Below, one piece after another: positions 26,972-39,675 of a stretch of 64,000 nucleotides of DNA; position 1 is the first letter of the stretch; every line of letters begins with the position of its first letter. Origin of the DNA: Octopus sinensis (Eukaryota); contig NC_042997.1 of assembly GCF_006345805.1 (NCBI RefSeq), forward strand, positions 132,928,001 to 132,992,000, read 5' to 3'. Both the position numbers and the translations under genes were made by a program. The notes under the pieces were generated by a model. The model saw only the letters and a list, made by a program, of their open reading frames with translations. It was not told where the DNA came from and searched no databases.

Positions 26972-27689
26972 GAGGGTCCATGGTTTAGTGGTTAGGTCGT
27001 TGCACTTACGGCCGCTGGATCGTTATTTCAATTCCTAGAACAAGTGCAGCATGAACATTTGATCATTAGAAACAAATCATTCAAGGTGGTCATTCGGCAA
27101 AAGCTGAACGGTCATACGCCACTATTAGATTGATCGTAATTTTAATAAATTTTCTGTTTAGTTAAGGTTATCTTACTTAGTTTTTAGTTTATTATTTTAT
27201 GTTTAAGAAGATTATTATGATTATTTCATAACAAAATGGTTTCGGGTTCTATTTCACAGTACCGTACCGTAGATAAAATGTTTACAAGATAAGCCTCAAG
27301 TTGCCCAATAAATGGTAGGGTAAATTTAGCGTAACTTAGCAATAGCCTACGAAGATATCAAATAAAAGTATTCGTACGTATTTCTCAAAGACAAATTGCT
27401 CTTAAGAATATATTTGTATGTTATACTTGCTATAGTCACTAGACTGCGGCCATGTTGAGGCAGAGTTCTGAAGAGATTAGTTGGAAAACAAATCGACCCT
27501 AGTACTTCTTTTTTGCCGAACTGCTGAAGTACATGGACTTAGACAAAGCAAGACCTGATGTCAAACGATGGAGAGGACAAACACAAATACTCACACACAC
27601 ACACACACACATTATATATATATTTATATAATCTAATAAAGTATTATTACCATTATTAAAAATAACAATGATAATAAAGTGGCTGGCGA

Positions 27690-28040
27690 GTTTAACCTGC
27701 TGAGACCCCCTTCGGTCATGACTGACCATGGGATTGCACCTAGAAAGTTAACCTCCCAGGCACAAGTCCGGGCAAGGTTGTTTGTGGAAGACCAGCAGTC
27801 GCCCATGCATACCGGCCTTCCCTCTCCACGCCACTAATATTATCCAAGGAAAAGGCAAAGGCCAATACAGCTTGGTACCTGTGACGTCGCAACTCATTTC
27901 TACAGCTGAGTGAACTGGAGCAACATGAAATAAAGTGTCTTGCTCAAGAACACAACACGCAGCCCGTTCCGGGATTCGAACTCACAACCTCACTATCGTA
28001 AGCTCGACGCTCTAACCACTGAGCCATTCGCCATCACAAG
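27690..28040 (-). mobile_element. tRNA SINE, third tail type
   Basis: gggattcgaactcacaacc...ctctaaccactgagccatt head in reverse, with shared gagcaacatgaaataaagtgtcttgctc body. Confidence 0.75.
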
Positions 28041-28809
28041 TTTAACCTACATAGGTAAAATATACAAATAATTTAGGGTAAGCAATACCACTTGTCAGAA
28101 ATATGACTTAGCACTCCAAAGCCACAAATTTCTCACTGTTAAGAAACACGCATTATTACAGGTGGTAGATTGTGAAATTACTAACGAGTAAAACGGAGAG
28201 TGTTCCGCGGAAGTCTCATATTTTTTTTCTAATCCTTCCATCACCACCACCACCACCACTTCTACTCTTGTATGAAAGTGACTGGTGGAAATGTGTTTCT
28301 CTGTAAACTATAAGATTATTACATACAAAATTAGTCTTCCAGTGTTTGTGAAAACAATTATCTATCACAAGGACACACCCACAGACTCAAACACAAACAT
28401 ATTTAGTGTATTTGTGGTGCGTCTACAGTTTACGAATTTTAGTTCACTTCGTTTTGTGTATGTGTGTGTGTGTGTGTGTGTGCACGCGCGTGTGTGTGTG
28501 TGCACGCGCGTGTGTGTGTGTGCACGCGCGTGTGTGTGCGTGCGTGTGTGTGTGTGTGCGTGCGCGTGTGTCTATGTGTGTGCCTGTATCTGTGTGTGCG
28601 TGCGTGCGCGAACATGTGTGCACGTGTTTGTGTATGTTTAACGTTTTCCTAAAGTACATTATAACATTCAAAACACGCACTGCTTAACATGACAATGACA
28701 TACATACACACATACATACATGTGTGTGTCCGTGTATGCGTACGTGTGTGTGAGTGTGAGGTATGCGGGCGTAAGTATAGATATATTTGCTGCATGCATA
28801 TAAACACAC

Positions 28810-28854
<45 letters not shown>

Positions 28855-29491
28855 TGCTTACATATATAAAATAAGCATAAACCGGTATGTATATGTTTTT
28901 TTGTGTGTGTACACGTGTATATGTTGGTAATAAGTGATAACATTTTTCTCTAAGCAAATAATTCTTTGGCGAGAAATCATTCCTCCTAATTTGCTGCAAA
29001 TCCCTTATTTTGGTTCGGAAAAAATGAGGTGGGGGTCCCCCACCAATCCAGGAATCACTGGAATTTTTTTTTTCGTTGAATGAATTCCTGTGATCTTCTA
29101 ATATTGCAAACGTAGGTTACTTAAGATGAGCCTGGTAACTGATGGTCTTGGGGTCTTGTTGTTTGTAACTTTTGGTGAGCCATGGTGCAACGAACAACAT
29201 GGCAAAAATACCTGCTATTAATTTGGTGTGTATGGGTAATATCAAATAATTCAATTACAACATATATTTATATTAAACATGGAAAAACTGAAATATTATC
29301 ATCACTTACATGGAAAAATTGAAATATTATCTTTTAGCATTTTATAAGTTAAAATCTTCGATTATTAAATGTCACATTATTATCTTATAACAGCAATGCC
29401 TGGAAAAATCATGGATTACATGGAAAAATGCGAGCATAAATAATAATATTCTTAAGTTTATAAACCTGGAAAAGTACAGGACAAATTATTA

Positions 29492-29858
29492 CACCTGTAA
29501 AAGTATAGGGCAAGCTATTACTTCTAGTAAAGTAAAGAATAAGAAACTTTTTACTTAAAATATTGCAGCTAAAATTAAAATTTGAATATTAAAACTTATT
29601 TCGTTATAGTTTACAAATAACACTATACTTATTTAAGTAGAATTTGTCTAATTTACTACCTTAAATACAGAAAAAGTGACTTATTAGACAAACTTACAAA
29701 TTAGCTGAACAGTTTTGTACAATAAATTTAAAAGATGAGAACTGTAAAGAGTGATAAATTAGAAGAACTGACATTCTTTACTGCAATATTTTAAGTAAAA
29801 AGTTTCTTATTCTTTACTTTATAATAAAGTAATAACTTGTCCTATACTTTTACAGGTG
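29492..29858. mobile_element. MITE with ~77-bp TIRs and TA target duplication
   Basis: TA|cacctgtaaaagtatagg...aatattgcag (29492-29568) vs ctgcaatatt...cctatacttttacaggtg|TA (29781-29858). Confidence 0.85.
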
Positions 29859-30503
29859 TAGTGGATGACACGTGTTTAATGTGCCAGGCAGTGAAACTGA
29901 ACTCGGAATCATGTGATTGGAAAACAAACTTCTATGGCTGAATCTTTATACACTTCAGTAGATATTCTTCCACAATCTGAGAATGTTCAACTATTCAAGA
30001 ATTTACACGCATAAATAGAAATTATATAATTATTCACGTTGCACACAAGACAGAAATTCAGTCATATATGTTGCTAGCTTAAGAATTCTATACCAACAGA
30101 AGTCACTTGAAGGCTTTCCATTTCAATTATTTTAATTGTAGCTGCTCTACATAAGTCCCTTGCAGGTCGCAGATATACTGTTGGTACAAGCATATTCTTA
30201 ATTAACTTGCTGAAATAGAAATAGAAACACTTTTCCATGCTTTAGTTCAATTATTCTCTCTTGGTTTGCTAATTTCTCTTCTGCTTCTCGAACAGTTCTG
30301 GTCAGCTACTTTATTCTTAAATAACTAACCCTTAACCCTGGATTGAAATCTGTCTTCAATTTATTAATCAACAGTTAACTCTTAGTATAACTCAAACTAT
30401 GCTCTGTCTAACTCTCTCTCCCCTCTCTCTCTCTCTCTCCCTTTCCCTTTTTCTGTATATGTGTGTGTTTGTGTGTGTATGTGTGTGTGTGTGTGTATAT
30501 ATA

Positions 30504-30540
<37 letters not shown>

Positions 30541-30541
<1 letters not shown>

Positions 30542-30735
30542 ACGGGAAGGTTTACGAAAATAAACAAAAGACGAAGGCAGGTGGAGTACAAACAAACAAA
30601 TGTATTAGTATGGCGCTCAGGAATAGAAATAGAACAAGTCTTTTACGTTTCGAGCCTACGCTCTTCGACAGAAAGATACACAGAAAAAAAACAAGGAGAG
30701 AAACAAGGAGAGACAAAAATGCGTGTAGGAGCTAA
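30541..30735 (-). mobile_element. Neptune-PLE 3'-end fragment (HHR-like motif at 30639-30676)
   Basis: Homologous to 51130-51330; starts directly after (TA)n. Confidence 0.75.
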
Positions 30736-30912
30736 CACATTTACACACACACACATGAGTGGTGGAGGTATGTATGTATATATATATAGAGAGAGATATT
30801 TTAAAAACAATACGTTGGTAGTGACTTCAAAGTTTCGGCTCTCGTTGGAATTCTGAAGTATAACCTAAAAGTTGTAATAACTAAAGAATTGTAAAAAAAA
30901 AAAAAAACAATC

Positions 30913-31082
30913 AGGAGTGGCTGTGTGGTAAGTAGCTTGCTTACCAACCACATGGTTCCGGGTTCAGTCCCACTGCGTGGCATCTTGGGCAAGTGTCTTT
31001 TGCTATAGCCCCGGGCCGACCAATGCTTTGTGAGTGGATTTGGTAGACGGAAACTGAAAAAAGCCTGTCGTATATATGTAAT

Positions 31083-31152
<70 letters not shown>

Positions 31153-31383
31153 TGTATGTTTGTGTGTCTGTGTTTGTCCCCCTAGCATTGCTTGACAACC
31201 GATGCTGGTGTGTTTATGTCCCTGTCACTTAGCGGTTCGGCAAAAGAGACCGATAGAATAAGTACTGGGCTTACAAAAGAATAAGTGCTGGGGTCGATCT
31301 GCTCGACTAAAGGCGGTGCTCCAGCATGGCCGCAGTCAAATGACTGAAACAAGTAAAAGAGAGTAATGAGAGTAAAGAGAGAG
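30913..31383 (+). mobile_element. CORE-like tRNA SINE, full length
   Basis: Homologous to 12445-12903, including the internal microsatellite and tail. Confidence 0.85.
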
Positions 31384-32179
31384 AATCTTATAGACTAGCC
31401 AAACTATATATCAGAGTTAAGACACAATGAAAATGCAAACTTGACAATCTCAGACGGACAAGAACTTAAATGTAATAATGTAGCAGCTGCTTTAACTATG
31501 ACGCAAAGCAGATACTCCTTCATATCAACACCATGGAAACCCAAACTCATACCGAAGAGGATAAAAGATAAGTGAACAAATAATGAAGTCACACAACTGA
31601 AAAAAAAAAAAAATCCAAGAAATAAGACATTACAAAAAGAAGAATCTGAAGTAAAAAAAAAAAATCTGCTTAAATCAAGAGCGCCTCACCCTCCGTGACA
31701 CGAGCCTTAGCCCTGGTAGCACAATCTTCTTGACTCGTGTTGAGAGCCATTTATCAACTTGTCCTCTAACTCGTTCTTTGAATCTATTTTTGCCTCTGCC
31801 ATTCATTCGCTAAACATGATAAATTCTATTCTTATAGCTCTTTCCAGAGGCCATCATCAATTCTTTTTATGATGCCTAATAATTGTTCCCTACCCAAGTC
31901 GTAGTATTGTCACGCCGAGAATGACGCATTCAGATTCCAGCAAGCCGTAACGTACCTATGTGCTTGAGCGTATTTTCAGATCCTAAATATGCAATCTATG
32001 TAGGCGACCGGTTGAAATTGTGGACACCCTTATATTCTTTTATTCCTTTAGTAGTTTCAGTTGTAGGGACTACAGCTAAGTTGGAGCACTGCCTTAATTT
32101 ACTTTCTTCCAGTTTTGTTGCCCTCATTTTACAATTACCCTATCTAAATACAATGTGTGTGACAGATTTGCTTGTCGAT

Positions 32180-32581
32180 TGTTTGACTTTAACCAGTTGA
32201 GCGCGTCCCTTAGTAGCTGACGATATGTGCATCTCTGATCACGAGCAGAAGTAATGGGGGGGGGGGTCATAGCCATGTGTTGAGAGGAATTCTGTGGGGT
32301 TTGAATTATTCACCTCTGGAAACTTGGGTGTTTCATTCAAAATCCTTAAGCAAGCCCTATTTTGAGTGGGTGATCTATTCGACCTGACGAAAATTCTAAC
32401 TGGATCCCGCCTGCAAGTTCATGCGCTGTTTATCTTGATATGAGATCACCAAGTCCCGCTCATATGGTTGTGATGCATGTGCGTGATGTACCCTTATCAG
32501 ATGGGTAGTCACGATGGGTATACTGGGCTTCGTATATTTAACCCCAGTGTCATGCGCTCATCTCTCACTCAATAATGTTAC

Positions 32582-32618
<37 letters not shown>

Positions 32619-32640
32619 GTAACGATAATAATAATAATAG
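32180..32640 (+). mobile_element. Retroposon 3' end with (AAT)n tail; second short copy at 32840-32965
   Basis: ...gtacccttatcagatgggtagtcacgatgggtatactgggcttcg...ctctcactcaataat(aat)n. Confidence 0.7.
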
Positions 32641-32644
32641 TTCC

Positions 32645-32830
32645 CAATTTTGGCTCAAGGATAACAATTTTGGGAGGGGAATAATTTATTTTTTCGACTT
32701 GGTACTTATTTTATCAACCCCGAAAGGATGAAGGCAAAATCGACCTTGGCGGAATTTGAACTCAGAACGTAAAGATATAGAATTTCGCTAAGCACCTTGC
32801 TCTGCATACAAACGTTTCTGCCAGCTTGTC
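32645..32830 (-). mobile_element. Nin-like SINE
   Basis: cccgaaaggatgaaggcaaaatcgaccttggcggaatttgaactcagaacgt. Confidence 0.7.
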
Positions 32831-33014
32831 ACCGAGGTCACCATTTCACGCACATATAGTTTTGATACATGTGCCTGATGTACCGTTATCAGACGGGTAG
32901 TCACGAGGGGCATATTGGGCATCACTTTGATGTTATGCGCTGCTCTTTCACTCAATAATAATCATAATGAGAATCCTTGTCGTCTTCATCATCATCATCA
33001 TCATATTGTTATTA

Positions 33015-33320
33015 TCACGTGATCACGTGACCGACCAGGCTATCAGATGTTGTTACACATTGCTGGTCACAATGCGTTCCGCATTGTTTTAGCCTTCAAA
33101 TGACGCCTACCCGCTGGCTAAGCGAGCAAGCCAACAGAAGAAAGAGTGAGTGGAAATCGCAGCGAAAGAGTACAGCAGGGATCGCCCCCCCCCCTGCCGG
33201 AACCTCGTGGAGCTTTAGGTGTTTTCGCCCAATAAACACTCACAACGCATGGTCTGGGAATCGAAACCGTGATCTTACGACCGCGCGTTCGCTGCCCTAA
33301 CCACTGGGCCATTGCGCCTC
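33015..33320 (-). mobile_element. tRNA SINE (26110 type)
   Basis: Reverse complement of 26110-26390. Confidence 0.8.
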
Positions 33321-33480
33321 TGAATTGTTATATTGGGTTCAAATTCCACTGAGGTTGACTCTGCCTTTCAACTTTTCGGTGTCGATAAACCAAGTACCAA
33401 CTGAGCGCTGGGGGTCACTATAATGGACTCACACTTGCGCCGAAATAACAAGTATTGTGCCGGAATTTGAAACCAATATG

Positions 33481-33524
<44 letters not shown>

Positions 33525-34437
33525 TATCATCAGCTTCTCTGTTAGCATCTACAAATTTGTAGTGATTCTGTAACAAGCTGAAACTGCGATAATAGAATAT
33601 ACAATTGAAAAACCATAAAAGACATTTAAAATAAATACAAAAAAAAGTAATCACTTTAGATTTGAAATTACTTCAAGCCCCATAAACTGTTCCTTTCAAA
33701 ATGTATAAGTATTACAACACTCATTTCTTTGCTCATAGACTCACATAGCGTGTTTTATTTAGAGTATTGTATCTTTACTGATTTTTTTTTTTTCTCTTTT
33801 CACAATTATGGTCGAAGTAATGAATAGATAAGGCAGTTAGATATTAAATATCATTCTATATAAATTGATTCTTTCGCCGAATGCTTCAAGGCGGGGGCGT
33901 TCCTTGCTTCGCAGTTTTACTTTTCAATATTTTGAAATAACAATCTAAGAAATCAATATTAAAATGTTAATAATCAATATTTGAAATAACAGTTTTCTTT
34001 CTTTCGATTTCAGCAATGTAATAATATTCTTTTTTTATACATTTTTTTCTCCATTATGCTGTATTAACATCATCTATTTTGTGAATTTATTATGTATTTT
34101 CTATATTAATTTATCGATATAGTTCATGTATTTATATATTTACTTTTCGTCTATTTAATTATTTTAGTACTTATATTTATCTATCAACGTATTTTCGTAC
34201 TTTTTATATATTTATATATTGTGTCTATTCATAAGCGTTTTTTTTCTTGTACATTTATATCTTTGTTATTCTGTATCATGTATCTATTTTTTGCGCTTAT
34301 GTATAAATTTTCTGAATTTATTTATCTACACGATATGTGAATTGTTATACCTATGTATCTAATGTGTGTATTTAGGTTGCTATGTATGTAGTTCAGCTAT
34401 ATATATATATATAAATTTTATACATACATACACACAC

Positions 34438-34475
<38 letters not shown>

Positions 34476-34713
34476 TATATTATATAATATATATATATAT
34501 ATATACCTGCTCCGAATAGAAAGTGATCTAGATACATAAATTACAATGTGCATACATACATACATACCTCATATGTGTGTGTTTGTGTGTGTGTGTGTAT
34601 TTGTACCTTACCGTAACTTAGTTGGTATGGGCTGCTCTTTAACACGATAATGATAACAACAACAACAATAATAATAATCCTCGTCCACATCATCATATTA
34701 TTATGTATGTATG

Positions 34714-34796
<83 letters not shown>

Positions 34797-35179
34797 TGGT
34801 GTATATATATATATACTAGCTCGCACAACAGTCGTTCCCTTCCTGGTATGTACACACACACACAAACTGCATAAACACCGAGTCACACTCTCATACACAT
34901 GCATACTTACAAATGTGCCTGTATACATATAAATGTATTTAATTATAGATATGTGTATACACGTGTGCGCGCATACAAACATATTGTATGCAGTTATATA
35001 TTTTGTGTGTTATGCAGGTTTTGAATTCATCATATATATATGCGAATGCGTAACAATAATTTAAGGTGTTCCACCCATCAAAAAGAATTAAAAAAAATAT
35101 ATCGACAATAAATTTCAGGCAGTGAAATTATATGTATATATAACTATATATCCATATATATATGTGCATATATATATAT

Positions 35180-35247
<68 letters not shown>

Positions 35248-35400
35248 TAATAGTTATCGCCAAACTAACATGGCAGTCCATAAATATAAGACTAAAGCTG
35301 TCGCTGATTAGCTCCAAGAGGCCATCGCCTCTAGCTAGCTATATGACACACGAACCTTCGAACAGGGGAGGTCAGCCGCTTCACCTTGCTGGTCAGACAT

Positions 35401-35441
35401 CTGCAGACATGTTTCAGGGTTGTTGCCCTTTATCAATGCAG
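35401..35441 (-). ncRNA. Minimal type-I hammerhead ribozyme, U3:A8 variant, GUC site
   Basis: ctgca TTGATAA aggg caacaa ccct GAAA catg TC tgcag: 5-bp stem I, 4-bp stem II, palindromic acatgt stem III. Confidence 0.8.
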
Positions 35442-35762
35442 CGTAGTGAGACCCAGCAGGTGTCGCTACCGACCGTCTGTTCGAAGATTTTATTTACCTA
35501 GTTACAGTGGAATACATCCACTTGTTTTCAATAATAGAAATATTAAAATTACTAAGACTCTCTAAAAGAGATTACGGCAGCGTTACTGGATATTAATAGT
35601 TATCGCCAAACTAATATGGCAGTCCATTAATATAAGACTAAAGCTGTCGCTGATTAGCTCCAAGAGGCCATCGCCTCTAGCTAGCTATATGACACACGAA
35701 CCTGCGTCCATTACAACCTTCGAACAGGGGAGGTCAGCCGCCTCACCTTGCTGGTCAGACAT

Positions 35763-35803
35763 CTGCAGATATGTTTCAGGGTTGTTGTCCTTTATCAATG
35801 CAG
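35763..35803 (-). ncRNA. Hammerhead copy 2 (stem II and stem III substitutions)
   Basis: ctgca TTGATAA agga caacaa ccct GAAA cata TC tgcag. Confidence 0.65.
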
Positions 35804-36100
35804 TGTAGTCAGACCCAGCAGGTATCGCTACCGACCGTCTGTTCGAAGATTTTATTTACCTAGTTACAGTGGAATACATCCACTTGTTTTCAATAATAGA
35901 AATATTAAAATTACTAAGTCTCTCTCATTAGTTTGGCGATAACTATTAATATCCAGTAACGCTGCCGTAATCTCCTTTAGAGAGACTTAGTAATTTTAAT
36001 ATTTCTATTATTGAAAACAAGTGGATGTATTCCACTATAACTAGGTAAATAAAATCTTCGAACAGACGGTCGGTAGCGACATCTGCTGTGTCTGACTACG

Positions 36101-36141
36101 CAGCATTGACAAAGGACAACAACCCTGAAACATGTCTGCTG
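36101..36141 (+). ncRNA. Hammerhead copy 3 (compensatory stem I)
   Basis: cagca TTGACAA agga caacaa ccct GAAA catg TC tgctg. Confidence 0.8.
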
Positions 36142-36364
36142 ATGTCTGACCAGCAAGGTGAAGCGGCTGACCTCCCTTGTTCGAAGGTTGTAATGGACGC
36201 AGGTTCGTGTGTCATATAGCTAGCTAGAGGCGATGGCCTCTTGGAGCTAATCAGCGACAGCTTTAGTCTTATATTTATGGACTGCCATATTAGTTTGGCG
36301 ATAACTATTAATATCCATGTAACGCTGCCGTAAACTCCTTTAGAGAGACTTAGTAATTTTAATA

Positions 36365-36396
<32 letters not shown>

Positions 36397-36462
36397 TCAT
36401 ATTTCTTTACTGCCCAGAAGGGCTAAACATAGAGGAGACATATTTATATAAAACTATATATC

Positions 36463-36494
<32 letters not shown>

Positions 36495-36508
36495 TATAAT
36501 ATATATAT

Positions 36509-36563
<55 letters not shown>

Positions 36564-37234
36564 TGTATGTATGTATGTATGTATGTATGTTCTATGTATG
36601 CATGTATATATGTATCTGACTGTACGTAGATAGATATTCTTAGACGGTGGATGAAACTAAATAGCTTTTTCAATCATTCAAATTACTTTTTTTAACGTTA
36701 GTAAATTTGTTTAGTTAAATCTGATTAGTTAAAATCTCCTAGTTTCCTTTCATAAATTTACCAACTCTTAGTGTGGCAATATTCATTTCCTTGGTGTTGG
36801 TGTATTATGTATATTAGGAATCTCTAGGAAACACGACTTAAATATAATGCTTCTTCATCAAATATGATCAGTAATACAGTCTCAGTCAATGAACTGCATG
36901 GCACGAATGACGTTATTTGTGGAGATCAATACATCTCAGAAAAGCATGAATACCTCACATGTTCGTTAATTGAGATTATGAACAAAGACAACGCTCACAA
37001 CTATGAATTAGACGCGTTCAGAAATTACCGACTTGTGACAAGATTTGAAGCTCCGAGCAGCTTATCTAACGTTCAGTACTTTACCTACTCAAAAACTTGT
37101 GCTTCCTCTACATGATTTAACATGAAGAATTCATGAGGATAAATTGCTCAGTCCCAAAATTCTACAACTGCTATGATCAAAGGCATTCCTTTATAACGTT
37201 CGGAATTGTTTTCAGGCATAGTGTACCTCAGTCG

Positions 37235-37545
37235 AGGCACATGGCCTTGTGGTTAGAGCAGCTGACTCACGGTCGATGGATCGCCGGTTCGAATGTCAGG
37301 CCGGGTGATGTATGTGTTTATGAGCGAAACACCTGAGCACTACGTGGCTCCGGCAGAAGGTGATGGCGAACTTCTGCTGACTCTTCCGCCACAACTTTCA
37401 CTCACTCTTTCTTCCTGCATCTTGCAGCTCACCTGCGTTGGACCGGCGTCCCGTCCAGGTGGGGAACCTATACGCCAAGAAACCGGGAAACCGGACCTTA
37501 TGAGCCAGGCGTGGCTCGAGAAGGAACAAAACAACAACATAGTGT
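37235..37545 (+). mobile_element. tRNA SINE, another tail type
   Basis: gaggcacatggccttgtggttagagcagctgactc...ccggttcgaatgtc head; body as in 8703. Confidence 0.7.
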
Positions 37546-38317
37546 ACCTCAGATACCATTTTCAGTAGTTCTCTTTTAAATTGTAGAGATTGATTTGGGA
37601 AAATTTTCACTGTTATTCTTAACAAAGCGCTTGATCAGGTTCTTTTTTTTTTTAATCATAATGCAAAGACTACTAGGGGTAACAGTTGTAGGTTTTAGAA
37701 ACTGAGCAGAGCAAAGAACTAACGTCCTATCTATGGGTGGATGGATTTAAACACCACCCTGTCCGCCGTCCCTTTAGTATTAGGAAAAACTAAAAATGTG
37801 TTGCAGACTTGTGGATTCTTGTGATTTGGAAAGAAATATATTTTTTCAATCACATACTGTGTTAGTGAACGAATAAAAGTCACCTGGAAGTTAAGCGCTT
37901 GCCTGTGTATGAGTGCGCGCGCGTGCCTGTGTGTGTATACAGAACACATCAATACGTAGGACTCCAAAAATGGCTAGGTACAATAGTATAGGGCTCATAG
38001 TGAAGTAAAACAACCATCAATGTATCATGTGTTGGTAGGATTCTGTAGATATGTAAGTACCATATCTAACTACAACCGTAGATTCAACTAAGGGCTGGTT
38101 CTAGGTGCGGTGTATTTATAAAAAAAAAAAACGAAAGCGAGGGTTTAAAATTCGCGACAGCTCTTTCGGTAGAACTTTATTTAGTTATTCATAGAATACA
38201 TCATAATATAAATCCATCTTCAGGTAAGATTTTAAACAGGTATAAATAGCGCCACGTTCTTCTGCATCTCAAATGCCAGGTCACTTTTAAGTTTATCTCA
38301 ACAGATCTTCTATAGAA

Positions 38318-38552
38318 TTTTCGTATACAAATACGTGTGTGTGAACAATGTGATCGAAGAAAGAAAAAATATGTAAAGGGTGCATAAGCATATTTCAGAA
38401 GTTTATTGCTCCTTCTTATTGCACACTCAGGAGGGAATTACTGTTCCTTCAGGAGCAATAACTCCTGAAATATGCACACGTATCAATTTCCTAGTTTTCT
38501 ATTTTCGATCGCATTGCTGACAAAGACATATTCGGATACGAAACGTCGTAAC
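38318..38552. repeat. Old foldback/MITE-like imperfect inverted repeat
   Basis: gtatacaaatacgtgtgtgtgaacaatgtgatcg...gcatatttcagaagtttattgctcc pairs with ggagcaataactcctgaaatatgc...cgatcgcattgctgacaaagacatattcggatac. Confidence 0.6.
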
Positions 38553-39180
38553 TGGTTCTAGATTCTACCTGTAGAGATAAACTTAAAACTGAATTTACCG
38601 TAACTGCTAACGCAAAAGTAGGATACAATATAAACTTATAAATCTTTATTATACTTGGTAGTATATTATAATTGCAATACGAAATACGTTGGTGCTACCA
38701 ACAATTAAAAACTAAATCAGCTCTGAAATGCAAAAAAATATTTCAGCTGCTCGCATACAAAGCAAGAACAATTATGTCCAGTATTTGACATATTCTTTAG
38801 AATATCCACACCATTAACAGACAAATTTGATCAGTTATTACGAAAACTATACAAAAGTTCATTTTGTATCAAAGCCATAAATAATCGCAAAAAGGAGAAA
38901 AGGAAGAATAAAGTGTTTGGCGAGTAACCTTTTTACGACCATAGAGAATGGTTTGGAGAAACTTTGGATGTTAATTTTAGTTGGTTTCGTAACCACTTCT
39001 AGATTCCCTCGTTGTCTCGTGAAAGAATTGTGGTCTACAGCGATGACTCGTGTCTAATAATACTCACAATGATCCTGTGCATGAAGATTTCTGCATGCAT
39101 CGCCTGCAAATCTTCATTTCTTCAACACACACACACACCACACACACACACACCACACACACACACACACACAACACACA

Positions 39181-39460
39181 CACAAGTGTATGGACAAACG
39201 AAAGAAAAGGGCAGTCAACACATTTAGCAGGAGTTACATGAATGATTTAAAACAGTTTGATTCCATGGTACCGTATCAAGCTATTTTAAATAATACATAC
39301 ACACACACAACACACACACACACACACACACACAAGTGTATGGACAAACGAAAGAAAAGGGCAGTCAACACATTTAGCAGGAGTTACATGAATGATTTAA
39401 AACAGTTTGATTCCATGGTACCGTATCAAGCTATTTTAAATAATACATACACACACACAA
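39181..39460. repeat. Exact 150-bp tandem duplication bounded by (CA)n
   Basis: caagtgtatggacaaacg... at 39183 and 39333. Confidence 0.9.
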
Positions 39461-39514
<54 letters not shown>

Positions 39515-39515
<1 letters not shown>

Positions 39516-39537
39516 GATAGATAGATAGATAGATAGC

Positions 39538-39600
<63 letters not shown>

Positions 39601-39601
39601 T

Positions 39602-39659
<58 letters not shown>

Positions 39660-39675
39660 TAGATAGATAGATAGA
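39515..39675. repeat. (TAGA)n microsatellite
   Basis: Direct reading. Confidence 0.95.

Larger units (their letters stand above)
35245..36369. mobile_element. Retrozyme-like array of a 362-bp non-coding HHR-bearing monomer: ~1.9 tandem units (35245-35925) followed by ~1.2 inverted units (35926-36369)
   Basis: Period 362 (HHR at 35401 vs 35763; ttagtttggcg at 35928 vs 36290). The first unit lacks 16 bp (tgcgtccattacaacc). Flanked by (TA)n on both sides. Confidence 0.75.

Noticed and set aside
31680-31950. Possible decayed Tx1 C-terminus on the minus strand
   Set aside because: Only vague similarity (RFKERV...).
38505-38556. ctgacaa...gaaacgtcgta as a hammerhead
   Set aside because: C3 with A8 cannot pair, stem I does not form, and the stretch is explained as a foldback arm.
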